Source: Geobacter sulfurreducens PCA
Lineage (GTDB): Bacteria; Desulfobacterota; Desulfuromonadia; Geobacterales; Geobacteraceae
Length of the DNA stretch: 32,000 nt
Direction: 5' to 3'
Assembly: GCF_000007985.2 (NCBI RefSeq)
Contig: NC_002939.5
Location: 2,610,001 to 2,642,000, forward strand
Shown one piece after another: positions 17,070 through 24,474 of the stretch. The translations under genes and the position numbers were made by a program. Below the pieces are notes generated by a model. That model was not told the origin of the DNA, did not search any database, and saw only the letters and a list, made by a program, of their open reading frames with translations. Every line of letters begins with the position of its first letter. Within the stretch, counting starts at the first letter, position 1.

Positions 17070-17223
17070 GGGTAAGGCCTCCTTTGGAGAATGGGTTCTC
17101 GCAAAGTCCAGCATACGGCAAAAATCCGTATGCCCAAGGGGGGCCTTACATAGTATCCAGCGCCAAGACCGGCCAAGAACCAGCCGGTCAGGCTTATGGC
17201 GTTGGTCGCAATAGGAAAAAGAG

Positions 17224-17964
17224 ATGAAAGTCGATCAAAAAATAATAGACCAAATAGTTGAACTCAAATCGCGCCAGTTGAAGCGAACAGGAAGGGTGGA
17301 TCAAGTACACAAGCGACTAATTCCGGTCTCTGAGGCATATAAACTTCTTGCCAGCAGAGATATCTCCAATCGTCAAGTACGAACAGAGCTGTTGAGATAC
17401 ATTCCGGTCAGCCTTGTCGCCTGTATTGAAGGATATTTTACCCTTGCAATTAAAGACATAGTGGATGGCGGTCCTCCGTTTTCAAATAATGTAAACAAAT
17501 TTAAAGATTTAACTTTTAAGCTGGAATCTGTCCTTGCCCTTCACGAAAAGAACGTGACATTGGGTGATATCGTCGCAGGAATACTGCCGCTCAGCAATCC
17601 GAGTGCAATATATTCATGCATGGAAACCATTTTGGGGGAATCGTTTACCGAAATGGTTAAGCACCATGAATTGAAATGCCCGCATTGTGATGAAAAATCC
17701 CCTCTTCACCTAATGTTTCCGAGTTTTTTCAAGGAAATAGAGCAGATTTACAAAGTAAGGAATATTTTTTGCCATGAAATTGCTCCGTCCGAGAGCGTAT
17801 CAGTAAAACAAATTGGCAAACTATTAAGTAGTGGAACACTTTTCATCTATGTTTCGGAGTCAATTATTACTGACGCGATGTTATTCATGGGGCAGCCAGA
17901 CTTGACGCTGAACAATGTACTGAAGAATGTCAAAAGGAAGACAAGCCTTCCATTCCACAGATAG
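17224..17964 (+). CDS. HEPN-like protein (RNxxxH motif), paralogous in layout to the IS-disrupted gene
   Basis: 246 aa. EIEQIYKVRNIFCHEIAP (Rx4H) at 17758..17775. An earlier helix LVACIEGYFTLAIKD parallels LLNCCFALESYVNSLG of the other copy. AT-rich. The fold assignment rests on the motif only. Confidence 0.55.
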   Translation: MKVDQKIIDQIVELKSRQLKRTGRVDQVHKRLIPVSEAYKLLASRDISNRQVRTELLRYIPVSLVACIEGYFTLAIKDIVDGGPPFSNNVNKFKDLTFKLESVLALHEKNVTLGDIVAGILPLSNPSAIYSCMETILGESFTEMVKHHELKCPHCDEKSPLHLMFPSFFKEIEQIYKVRNIFCHEIAPSESVSVKQIGKLLSSGTLFIYVSESIITDAMLFMGQPDLTLNNVLKNVKRKTSLPFHR

Positions 17965-17993
17965 ACGAGGAAAATTCTATTCCCAACAGCGCC

Positions 17994-18560
17994 GTGGACA
18001 CTGACGCGGCAATAACCCTGCCGCGCAGGTCACGGCGCGACACGTTGGAAGAGAAGAAGGAGAGAAGCGTGACACAATCAGTTGATGTATTAACAGGCAT
18101 TTGCGACAAATACTTCAAGGAACGGCGTAAACATACTTTGGACAGGTGGCTAACTTTCCGAGCGCTAAAGGAACGCTGCCTTTATGATCCGAAGAGAGAG
18201 CTAAAAGTATTCAGAAACATCATGATTGATGGATTCATGCGTGACCATAGCTTTAGGAGTTGGCTTCAGAAGGAGATAGAAAATGGAGTTATCAATAGAG
18301 ATGATTTAATAAACTATGTGGTTTTACTTAAAAATCACAAAAGTCGTGTTTCGTGGAGAAGTGAGTTTATAACTATTTCTGTTGGTATAACTGCCTTGTT
18401 GACAACAGCGGTAAGCTTATTCAATTTACCTCAAATTATTCCTGTTATTATAGCCATTTTTACGTTTTTCGCACTATCTGAAAGAACAATGTTAAATGAC
18501 ACAAAATCTGCCACAGACGAGCTGCTTGCCATTCTTGAATCTGAAGCTTCTGCAAAGTGA
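17994..18560 (+). CDS. hypothetical membrane protein with two C-terminal TM segments
   Basis: Track start is GTG 17994. An in-frame GTG at 18069 preceded by AAGGAG is the more likely start (163 aa). TM region ITISVGITALLTTAVSLFNLPQIIPVIIAIFTFFAL. No family recognised. Confidence 0.6.
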   Translation: MDTDAAITLPRRSRRDTLEEKKERSVTQSVDVLTGICDKYFKERRKHTLDRWLTFRALKERCLYDPKRELKVFRNIMIDGFMRDHSFRSWLQKEIENGVINRDDLINYVVLLKNHKSRVSWRSEFITISVGITALLTTAVSLFNLPQIIPVIIAIFTFFALSERTMLNDTKSATDELLAILESEASAK

Positions 18561-18639
18561 CTGCTTTAACGTTGATACGTCAATCAAACCCATAGAAACA
18601 ACTGATATTAAATAACAATAACCAAAGGAGTATTTCTAC

Positions 18640-19281
18640 ATGAAGCGCACTATCACTTTAATATTATTTTGTATTTTAGCTCAGAATGTAACGATGAACT
18701 ATTGTTTCGCCGATGTTCTTTCCGAAGCATATACATATTTCAAAAACAAAAATTACGATAATGCCTTACCATTACTAGAAAATCTTGTAACAGAAGGAAA
18801 TCTCGACGCTTATAATTTGCTAGGAACAATGTACAAAAAAGGATATTCAGTACCACAAAATCCTAATAAAGCAATTGAGTTATATGAGTTTGCCGCAAAG
18901 AAAGGGCATGCAGGAGCACAATATAACCTAGGACTAATGTATGAATCTGGCTCCGGTATATTGCAGGATTATTCTCAAGCCATAAAATGGTATAAACTCG
19001 CAGCTATTCAAAACGATTCTGGTGCGTTAAACAATTTAGGCCATATTTATCACAATGGATTAGGTGTTAAGAAAAATATGAAAGAGGCATGCAATTATTA
19101 CGGTAAAGCAGCCGCAATGGGTGACGCGTTGGGCAAATGTAATATGGCTGGATGCTATGCTCAAGGCGAAGGTGTAAAGAAAGATTATAAGAAAGCAAAA
19201 GTTCTTGCAAAAGAGGGCTATGAACAAGGTGAAGCGGCTTGTAGTGAGGTCTGGGATATTTTTGAACTAGCAAAACACTAG
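18640..19281 (+). CDS. secreted Sel1-like repeat (SLR/TPR) protein
   Basis: 213 aa. Signal peptide MKRTITLILFCILAQNV.., then four to five SLR units (..AQYNLGLMYESGSGILQDYSQAIKWYKLAA.., ..ALNNLGHIYHNGLGVKKNMKEACNYYGKAA..). AAGGAG SD. Confidence 0.85.
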   Translation: MKRTITLILFCILAQNVTMNYCFADVLSEAYTYFKNKNYDNALPLLENLVTEGNLDAYNLLGTMYKKGYSVPQNPNKAIELYEFAAKKGHAGAQYNLGLMYESGSGILQDYSQAIKWYKLAAIQNDSGALNNLGHIYHNGLGVKKNMKEACNYYGKAAAMGDALGKCNMAGCYAQGEGVKKDYKKAKVLAKEGYEQGEAACSEVWDIFELAKH

Positions 19282-19321
19282 CATTCCAACAAGACACATG
19301 GACGCCGACCGCCCGGCAACA

Positions 19322-20070
19322 AATTCTGGGGACACCATACTTAATTACCTATTGACAAGCGCATTAACCATCACCAACGTGCCTCCATGGCCAGAATTGC
19401 ACGCGTCATAGCAACGGGAATTCCCCATCATGTTACGCAACGGGGCAACCGAAGAATGCCAACATTCTTCAATGATGAGGATTACCGAGCATATATCGCT
19501 CTGCTCGGCGAATGGTGCCGGAAATGTGGCGTAGATATCTGGGCGTACTGCCTTATGCCGAACCACGTTCATCTTATTGCTGTCCCAGAAACCGATGACG
19601 GCTTGCGTCGCGGGATCGGCGAGGCACACCGGCGATATAGTCGCATGATCAACTTCCGTGAGAACTGGCGCGGCCATCTCTGGCAAGGGCGTTTTGCCTC
19701 GTTTCCAATGGATGAATCCTATCTTCTCGCTGCCGCTCGCTATGTAGAAATGAACCCGGTACGCGCCCGCTTGACGCCGAAAGCTGCGTTGTGGCCCTGG
19801 AGTAGTGCTCGGGCGCACCTTGACCGGATGGACGATGAACTGGTCAAGGTTGCGCCTCTATTGGAATTGGTTGGAGACTGGAGTCTGTTTCTTGCCGGAA
19901 CAGGAGAAGAAGATCAGTTAAACGATATCCGAAAACACGAGCGAACCGGCAGACCTCTTGGAACAGAAGAATTTGTCGAACGTCTGGAATCGGCCCTTGA
20001 ACGCCCGTTAAAGAAAGGGAAGCCGGGACCAAAAGGTAATGATAATTAAAAGTATGGTGTCCCCGGAATT
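19322..20070 (+). mobile_element. RAYT unit 2: HUH transposase gene bounded by 21-bp inverted REP-like arms
   Basis: aattctggggacaccatactt (19322..19342) against aagtatggtgtccccggaatt (20050..20070) gives 20/21 complementarity. The core 13-mer is GGGGACACCATAC. Confidence 0.8.
19387..20049 (+). CDS. REP-associated tyrosine transposase (RAYT / IS200-like Y1 HUH transposase)
   Basis: 220 aa. HUH MPNHVHLIAVP, Tyr helix AARYVEMNPVRA, and WQGRFAS. Confidence 0.88.
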   Translation: MARIARVIATGIPHHVTQRGNRRMPTFFNDEDYRAYIALLGEWCRKCGVDIWAYCLMPNHVHLIAVPETDDGLRRGIGEAHRRYSRMINFRENWRGHLWQGRFASFPMDESYLLAAARYVEMNPVRARLTPKAALWPWSSARAHLDRMDDELVKVAPLLELVGDWSLFLAGTGEEDQLNDIRKHERTGRPLGTEEFVERLESALERPLKKGKPGPKGNDN

Positions 20071-20133
20071 CGCCCGGAATTCGCAGTTAATTTACGATAG
20101 CGAGAGGACCCCACCTGAAATGGAAGAGGAAAG

Positions 20134-20349
20134 AATTCTGGGGACACCATACTTAATTACCTATTGACAAGCGCATTAACCATCACCAACGTGCCTCCAT
20201 GACCAGAATTGCACGCGTCATAGCAACGGGAATTCCCCATCATGTTACGCAACGGGGCAACCGAAGAATGCCAACATTCTTCAATGATGAGGATTACCGA
20301 GCATATATCGCTCTGCTCGGCGAATGGTGCCGGAAATGTGGCGTAGATA
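20134..20349 (+). pseudogene. truncated tandem duplicate of the RAYT unit 2 left end (REP arm + first 50 codons)
   Basis: 216 bp matching 19322..19537 at a constant offset of 812, with one mismatch seen (atgGcc versus atgAcc). Homology ends abruptly after codon 50 (..RKCGVD), so track ORF 20199..20414 is a fusion artefact. Confidence 0.85.
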
Positions 20350-20410
20350 GCCCCGGCACCCAGGTTACACGTGTTAAAGATTTGAGTCGTTCCCTGAAAG
20401 GTGGCTTGCC

Positions 20411-20548
20411 GTGAAAAGCTTCATGATTAGATATGCCATGACGGTGTCAGCAGGCATGTTTTGCGTGTTGGGCTTGCTGATGGCCGGCGATCGGCTCTTA
20501 GAGCCTGTTACCATCAGCGTGATCGTTGTGTTGTTCGCGTGGCCGTGA
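20411..20548 (+). CDS. possible small hydrophobic protein (45 aa, two predicted TM stretches)
   Basis: GTG start, VKSFMIRYAMTVSAGMFCVLGLLMAGDRLLEPVTISVIVVLFAWP. GC-richer than its surroundings, with a weak SD (gaaaggtgg). The stop TGA is the first triplet of the REP doublet. Below the track's size cutoff and may be non-coding. Confidence 0.25.
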   Translation: MKSFMIRYAMTVSAGMFCVLGLLMAGDRLLEPVTISVIVVLFAWP

Positions 20549-20604
20549 GTTCCGGGGACACCATACCTAATTCAAGAGAGATGAGTATGGTGAGAGGTGG
20601 CCCC
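20546..20604 (+). repeat. REP doublet (degenerate right arm) upstream of hipBA
   Basis: tgagttccggggacaccatacctaattcaagagagatgagtatg is identical to 22393..22436. The right arm gtatggtg is interrupted (agaggtggcccc). Confidence 0.75.
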
Positions 20605-20613
20605 TAACCCTCA

Positions 20614-20681
20614 TTGACAATTTACCCTCAAAAATGGATACTATGATATCCTTTAAGCAGCCAAAGATTACTATAGTATCC
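20614..20681 (+). promoter_or_regulatory. hipBA promoter with HipB-type operator half-sites
   Basis: TTGACA (20614..20619), 17 nt, GATACT (20637..20642). GGATA-6 nt-TATCC palindrome at 20636..20651 overlaps the -10, and another TATCC lies at 20677..20681. GGATA and TATCC are the half-sites of the E. coli hipBA operators. Confidence 0.5.
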
Positions 20682-20690
20682 AGGTGACGT

Positions 20691-21029
20691 ATGCCATCAT
20701 CACAAAACAGAACGTACCTCCCTGCTACCCGCGAGGCGACGGAACTCCTCGGCAAGCTAATCCGACTGGAGCGGCGGGAGCGCAGGATGTCTGAGGCCGA
20801 GTTAGCCGGACGCGCTGGTATAGCCCGCCGGACATTGCAAAGAATCGAACGCGGCGATCCTGGGTGTGCAATCGGATTATTTTTCGAACTGGCTGTCTTA
20901 GTGGGGGTGACGTTGTTTGACTCTGACGACCGTTCCACTATTACTATGCATTTAGATCGGGTGAACGACAGGCTCGCAGTCCTGCCCAGCCGGATCAGGT
21001 CTTCGACAAAGGTTCATGATGAATTCTAA
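20691..21029 (+). CDS. hipB: XRE-family HTH antitoxin, HipB-like
   Basis: 112 aa. LLGKLIRLERRERRMSEAELAGRAGIARRTLQRIERGDP is a Cro/C1-type HTH. Overlaps the hipA start by 14 nt. Confidence 0.85.
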   Translation: MPSSQNRTYLPATREATELLGKLIRLERRERRMSEAELAGRAGIARRTLQRIERGDPGCAIGLFFELAVLVGVTLFDSDDRSTITMHLDRVNDRLAVLPSRIRSSTKVHDEF

Positions 21030-22305
21030 TCTAACAGAGCTATATGTCTGGATCTGGCTTCCGAACGAGACAGAACCGGTTGTTGCAGGGAGACTCGCGG
21101 CGCAGGGGCGGACCTACATCTTTAACTATGGCCGCAGCTACTTGGAACGCCACAATGCCATACCTATTTACGACGCCGAGTTGCCGCTGACGTCCGGCGT
21201 CATCCCCCTCGTTGCAGGACTCACTATGCCGGGGTGCTTGCGTGACGCATCCCCCGATGCGTGGGGGCGTCGGGTAATTCTGAATAAAAGGTTTGGTAAA
21301 ACAGCCTTACAGATTGACCCGGGGAGTATTGATGAACTGAGCTATCTGATCGAGTCCGGCTCAGATCGGATAGGAGCGCTCGATTTCCAACGTTCTCCAA
21401 CGGAGTACATACCCAGGCTTGCTTCCGGCGCTCCCTTGGAAGAGCTGATCAAGGCCGCCGAATTGGTCGAAAAGGGAGTGCCGCTCACTCCTGAACTTGC
21501 TCAAGCGCTGCAGCATGGCACCTCTATTGGCGGGGCACGGCCGAAAGCATTGGTGCAAAGCGACAATCACAAGTTTATTGCCAAATTTTCTACTTCAACC
21601 GACCTTTACTCAGTTGTTAAAGCCGAGTTTATCGCCATGAAGCTGGCGCTTATGGCTGGTTTGCACGTGGCCCCGGTGAACCTTTTGCAAGTAGCCGGCA
21701 AGGACGTTTTAATGGTGGAGCGATTTGATCGCGTTGCTGCGCCTGCCGGTTGGCAACGGAAAGGGATCGTTTCCGCATTGACGATGCTGCAGCTGGACGA
21801 GATGATGGCACGGTATGCGAGCTATCATGATTTGGCGAATTTGGTGCGGCAACGATTCATGCGTGCCCCGTCAACGCTGAGAGAACTCTTTTCCCGCCTT
21901 GCCTTCAACATCTTAATCGGCAACACCGACGACCACGCCCGTAACCATGCTGCTTTTTGGGATGGTCGCATGCTGCAGCTTACCCCTGCTTACGACATTT
22001 GCCCGCAGTCGCGGACCGGGCGGACAGCATCGCAGGCAATGCAGATTTCAGACGGCCAAAACTCAAGCCAGATTACCACCTGCCTGAAAGCGGCTCCACA
22101 CTTCCTGCTCAACGAAGCAGAGGCGGGCCTGATCATTGAAGGGCAGATCCGTTGTATTGAGGAGAACTGGCCAACGATTTGTGAAGAAGCGGACTTAAGC
22201 GAGATTGACCGCAATCTGATGTGGAGAAATCAGGTGCTTAATCCCTTTGCCTTTGAAGGGTTAGAGGGCAGTTCGCTCGAGAGGTTAGCAAAGAAGTACC
22301 GTTAA
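21016..22305 (+). CDS. hipA: type II toxin HipA-family serine/threonine kinase
   Basis: 429 aa. N-terminal coupling domain (LYVWIWLPNETEPVVAGRL), SIGGARPKAL, ERFDR, and catalytic GNTDDHARNHA. Confidence 0.92.
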   Translation: MMNSNLTELYVWIWLPNETEPVVAGRLAAQGRTYIFNYGRSYLERHNAIPIYDAELPLTSGVIPLVAGLTMPGCLRDASPDAWGRRVILNKRFGKTALQIDPGSIDELSYLIESGSDRIGALDFQRSPTEYIPRLASGAPLEELIKAAELVEKGVPLTPELAQALQHGTSIGGARPKALVQSDNHKFIAKFSTSTDLYSVVKAEFIAMKLALMAGLHVAPVNLLQVAGKDVLMVERFDRVAAPAGWQRKGIVSALTMLQLDEMMARYASYHDLANLVRQRFMRAPSTLRELFSRLAFNILIGNTDDHARNHAAFWDGRMLQLTPAYDICPQSRTGRTASQAMQISDGQNSSQITTCLKAAPHFLLNEAEAGLIIEGQIRCIEENWPTICEEADLSEIDRNLMWRNQVLNPFAFEGLEGSSLERLAKKYR

Positions 22306-22392
22306 GCCAATGGAAGACAGTGGGGTCAGGAAGTTTTTGCCTTCTTGCTATGCAGGGAGGTGCCTTTTATATGATTATCAGGCTTCCAGCGC

Positions 22393-22449
22393 TGAGTTCC
22401 GGGGACACCATACCTAATTCAAGAGAGATGAGTATGATGTCCCCACGAA
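22393..22449 (+). repeat. REP doublet (intact hairpin) downstream of hipBA
   Basis: ggggacaccatac (22401..22413), an 18-nt loop, then gtatgatgtcccc (22432..22444). The first 44 nt are identical to 20546..20589. Confidence 0.8.
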
Positions 22450-22470
22450 TTCTGCCGCCGAGAGGAAATA

Positions 22471-23286
22471 ATGATGAAGCTGCTTGCCCGCACTATTTTC
22501 GTGAGCTTAGCACTACTATTCGCCAGTTGCGGAGACAGGAACCATTCTTCCGAGGTCATGGTTTCTGGACACGTGACCAAACTCCAATTCAACACGGCCC
22601 CTTCGGGGGCACAGGGCAACGTGGTTGCCAAGGCAGCGTTCGCCAACGTTAGCGGGGCAGTCGTAGAGGCATTTTGGGTAGACGACTATGGGAACAAGAA
22701 AGAAGGTTCTCTCGGGACAGCGGTGTGCGATTCTTTCGGAACCTATCGGATGACTCTGCCAGCGGAGACCAGGAAGGCCGGCGTACTCGTTATCGGAGTC
22801 ATGCTGGATGACCCGACTAGTGCTATGCGTGCCTTCGTCACAGGTCCAATTGTTGACATCGATCTAGTATCCGAGTACGTGTTCCGAGACACGATACGAC
22901 CTGGACATCATCTTGGACAGGTGCCTGTCTCTGACCTTGTTGCTCACACCGAGTCTGTCCGATTCTCCATCCAAGAGATCAGCTTTGATCAAGCCGAGAC
23001 CCTGTCGGATGCCCTTGTGGCAATCTACACACTCTGCAATCCGCCGCTTTTGGGCAATAGCGAGCTATCGGTCCAAGCTGTGGCTGACGCGATTACGCGC
23101 TACCTCGAGCTTCGCCCCAATTCAGCAGACACCGTGGAGGGGATCAAATGCTGGTGGATAGATTGGGGGATGTTCCAAGGATCGGACGTAACAACTCAGA
23201 TAGCCTTGGAGCTTCTTGAGCAGCAGGGCGTGGTAGAGCAACTGGCAATCGGGAACCGAATCTTTTGGCGGAAGAAACGGGCATGA
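22471..23286 (+). CDS. hypothetical lipoprotein (possible beta-sandwich N-domain)
   Basis: 271 aa. MMKLLARTIFVSLALLFASCG is a signal peptide with lipobox. SD gagagg. No family recognised with confidence. Confidence 0.7.
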   Translation: MMKLLARTIFVSLALLFASCGDRNHSSEVMVSGHVTKLQFNTAPSGAQGNVVAKAAFANVSGAVVEAFWVDDYGNKKEGSLGTAVCDSFGTYRMTLPAETRKAGVLVIGVMLDDPTSAMRAFVTGPIVDIDLVSEYVFRDTIRPGHHLGQVPVSDLVAHTESVRFSIQEISFDQAETLSDALVAIYTLCNPPLLGNSELSVQAVADAITRYLELRPNSADTVEGIKCWWIDWGMFQGSDVTTQIALELLEQQGVVEQLAIGNRIFWRKKRA

Positions 23287-23500
23287 ACCTGTCTGCCAAC
23301 TTGAGGCAAGGAACAACCATTAAATAGCTGGTGTCAAGCGACAAAAACATTCCCTATGGAATTCCGGGCCTGGCGAGCGCCAGAAAAGGGTGCGCAGTGT
23401 CAACGGCTACGGAAGGCGTCAAGCAGGACGGTTTATGATAGGAGATATGTGACACCTGAGGGAACGTTGTTAGCCATACCCCACACCACACGGAGGCAGT

Positions 23501-24334
23501 ATGCTCAAAGGGTACACCCTTCCCCGCACGCCGCGCGGCACCTCAAGTCTTGCTCCCCTGCCGCCCTGGCACTATGTCGGCAATGCGATTGCGGTTGAAT
23601 TCGATGCCGCCCCCACGGCAGCCGCCGCTTTTCTGCCCGAGGGGCTCGAACTGCATTCGGGGCGCTGCGCCGCGTATTTTGTTGAATGGCAGTACGCGAG
23701 CGATACCGGCGAGGAATATCTGGACCCGATTCGCAGCCAATACCGGGAGACCATCATCCTGCTTTCGGCGAGCTTCGAGGGAGCGCCGGTCGCCTACTGC
23801 CCCTTTATCTGGGTGGATCAGGACGTGTCCCTGATGCGCGGCCTGGTGCAGGGTTGGCCGAAGCAGATCGGATCAACCTGGATCACCAGGGCGTACGATC
23901 TGCCGTCAAAGGCCGCTCCCGTGGTGGGGCCGGGCGGCAGGTTCGGGGCAACGCTGTCGGCGAAGGACCGGCGGTTGCTCGAAGCGCAGGTGACGCTGCG
24001 CGAGGTGACCGAGACCTTGCCTTCGCCCGGGTTCGCCAAGGCGGTGAACACCCGCTACTTTCCGGAGCTTGTGGCGGGGAAGCATGACAGCCCGGCCGTG
24101 CACGAGCTGGTGCAGCTGAAATCGCGCGATGTGCGGGTCTCTCCCGTCTGGAAGGGAGATGCCGCGCTGAAGATCTTCGATCACCCCTATCTGGAGCTGC
24201 CCGACCTGAAGCCGGCCTCGGTCCTGGCCGGGTATCGCTTCTCGTTCGCCCTCACCGTCGACGACCTGATTCCGCTGCGCGACCTGCGGGCAGACACCCA
24301 AGCGGCCGACGACAGGGCCACGGCGGTGGAATGA
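23501..24334 (+). CDS. acetoacetate decarboxylase (ADC) family protein
   Basis: 277 aa. The N-terminus MLKGYTLPRTPRGTSSLAPLPPWHYVGN is characteristic of the ADC family (PF06314-like). GC-rich like the core genome. GGAGG SD. Confidence 0.8.
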   Translation: MLKGYTLPRTPRGTSSLAPLPPWHYVGNAIAVEFDAAPTAAAAFLPEGLELHSGRCAAYFVEWQYASDTGEEYLDPIRSQYRETIILLSASFEGAPVAYCPFIWVDQDVSLMRGLVQGWPKQIGSTWITRAYDLPSKAAPVVGPGGRFGATLSAKDRRLLEAQVTLREVTETLPSPGFAKAVNTRYFPELVAGKHDSPAVHELVQLKSRDVRVSPVWKGDAALKIFDHPYLELPDLKPASVLAGYRFSFALTVDDLIPLRDLRADTQAADDRATAVE

Positions 24335-24369
24335 TCGGGCAAACATGCCCTTGCCCTGATTCCCGCCAA

Positions 24370-24398
24370 GGGGAGCCGGTATTTCGGCTCCCCTTTTT
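24370..24398 (+). terminator. rho-independent terminator after the ADC-family gene
   Basis: ggggagccg-gtattt-cggctcccc followed by TTTTT. The stem sequence is nearly identical to the htpG terminator. Confidence 0.8.
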
Positions 24399-24445
24399 CG
24401 TGCCATCACAGCCTCTGCCCGGCACTCTATCAGGATTTTCCTATC

Positions 24446-24474
24446 TTGACAGGGTACGTATGCGCTGGAATAGT
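24446..24474 (+). promoter_or_regulatory. sigma70-like promoter (TTGACA-17 nt-AATAGT) inside the right repeat copy
   Basis: TTGACA at 24446..24451, a 17-nt spacer, AATAGT at 24469..24474. It faces an AT-rich ~350-nt leader and the PocR kinase gene. Confidence 0.45.

Noticed and set aside
16473-17114. 213-aa minus-strand ORF treated as one protein
   Set aside because: It is a chimera. Only the first ~90 residues after the internal Met (17069) look like an IS110 transposase. The rest is read-through across the RAYT inverted repeat and antisense of the RAYT gene.
19345-19818. 157-aa minus-strand ORF antisense to RAYT unit 2
   Set aside because: It is fully contained within the RAYT CDS, which has clear HUH and Tyr motifs, and it has no recognisable features of its own.
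20199-20414. 71-aa ORF as an intact small RAYT-like gene
   Set aside because: Its first 50 codons are a near-exact duplicate of RAYT unit 2 and lack the HUH and Tyr motifs. The remaining 21 codons are unrelated read-through.
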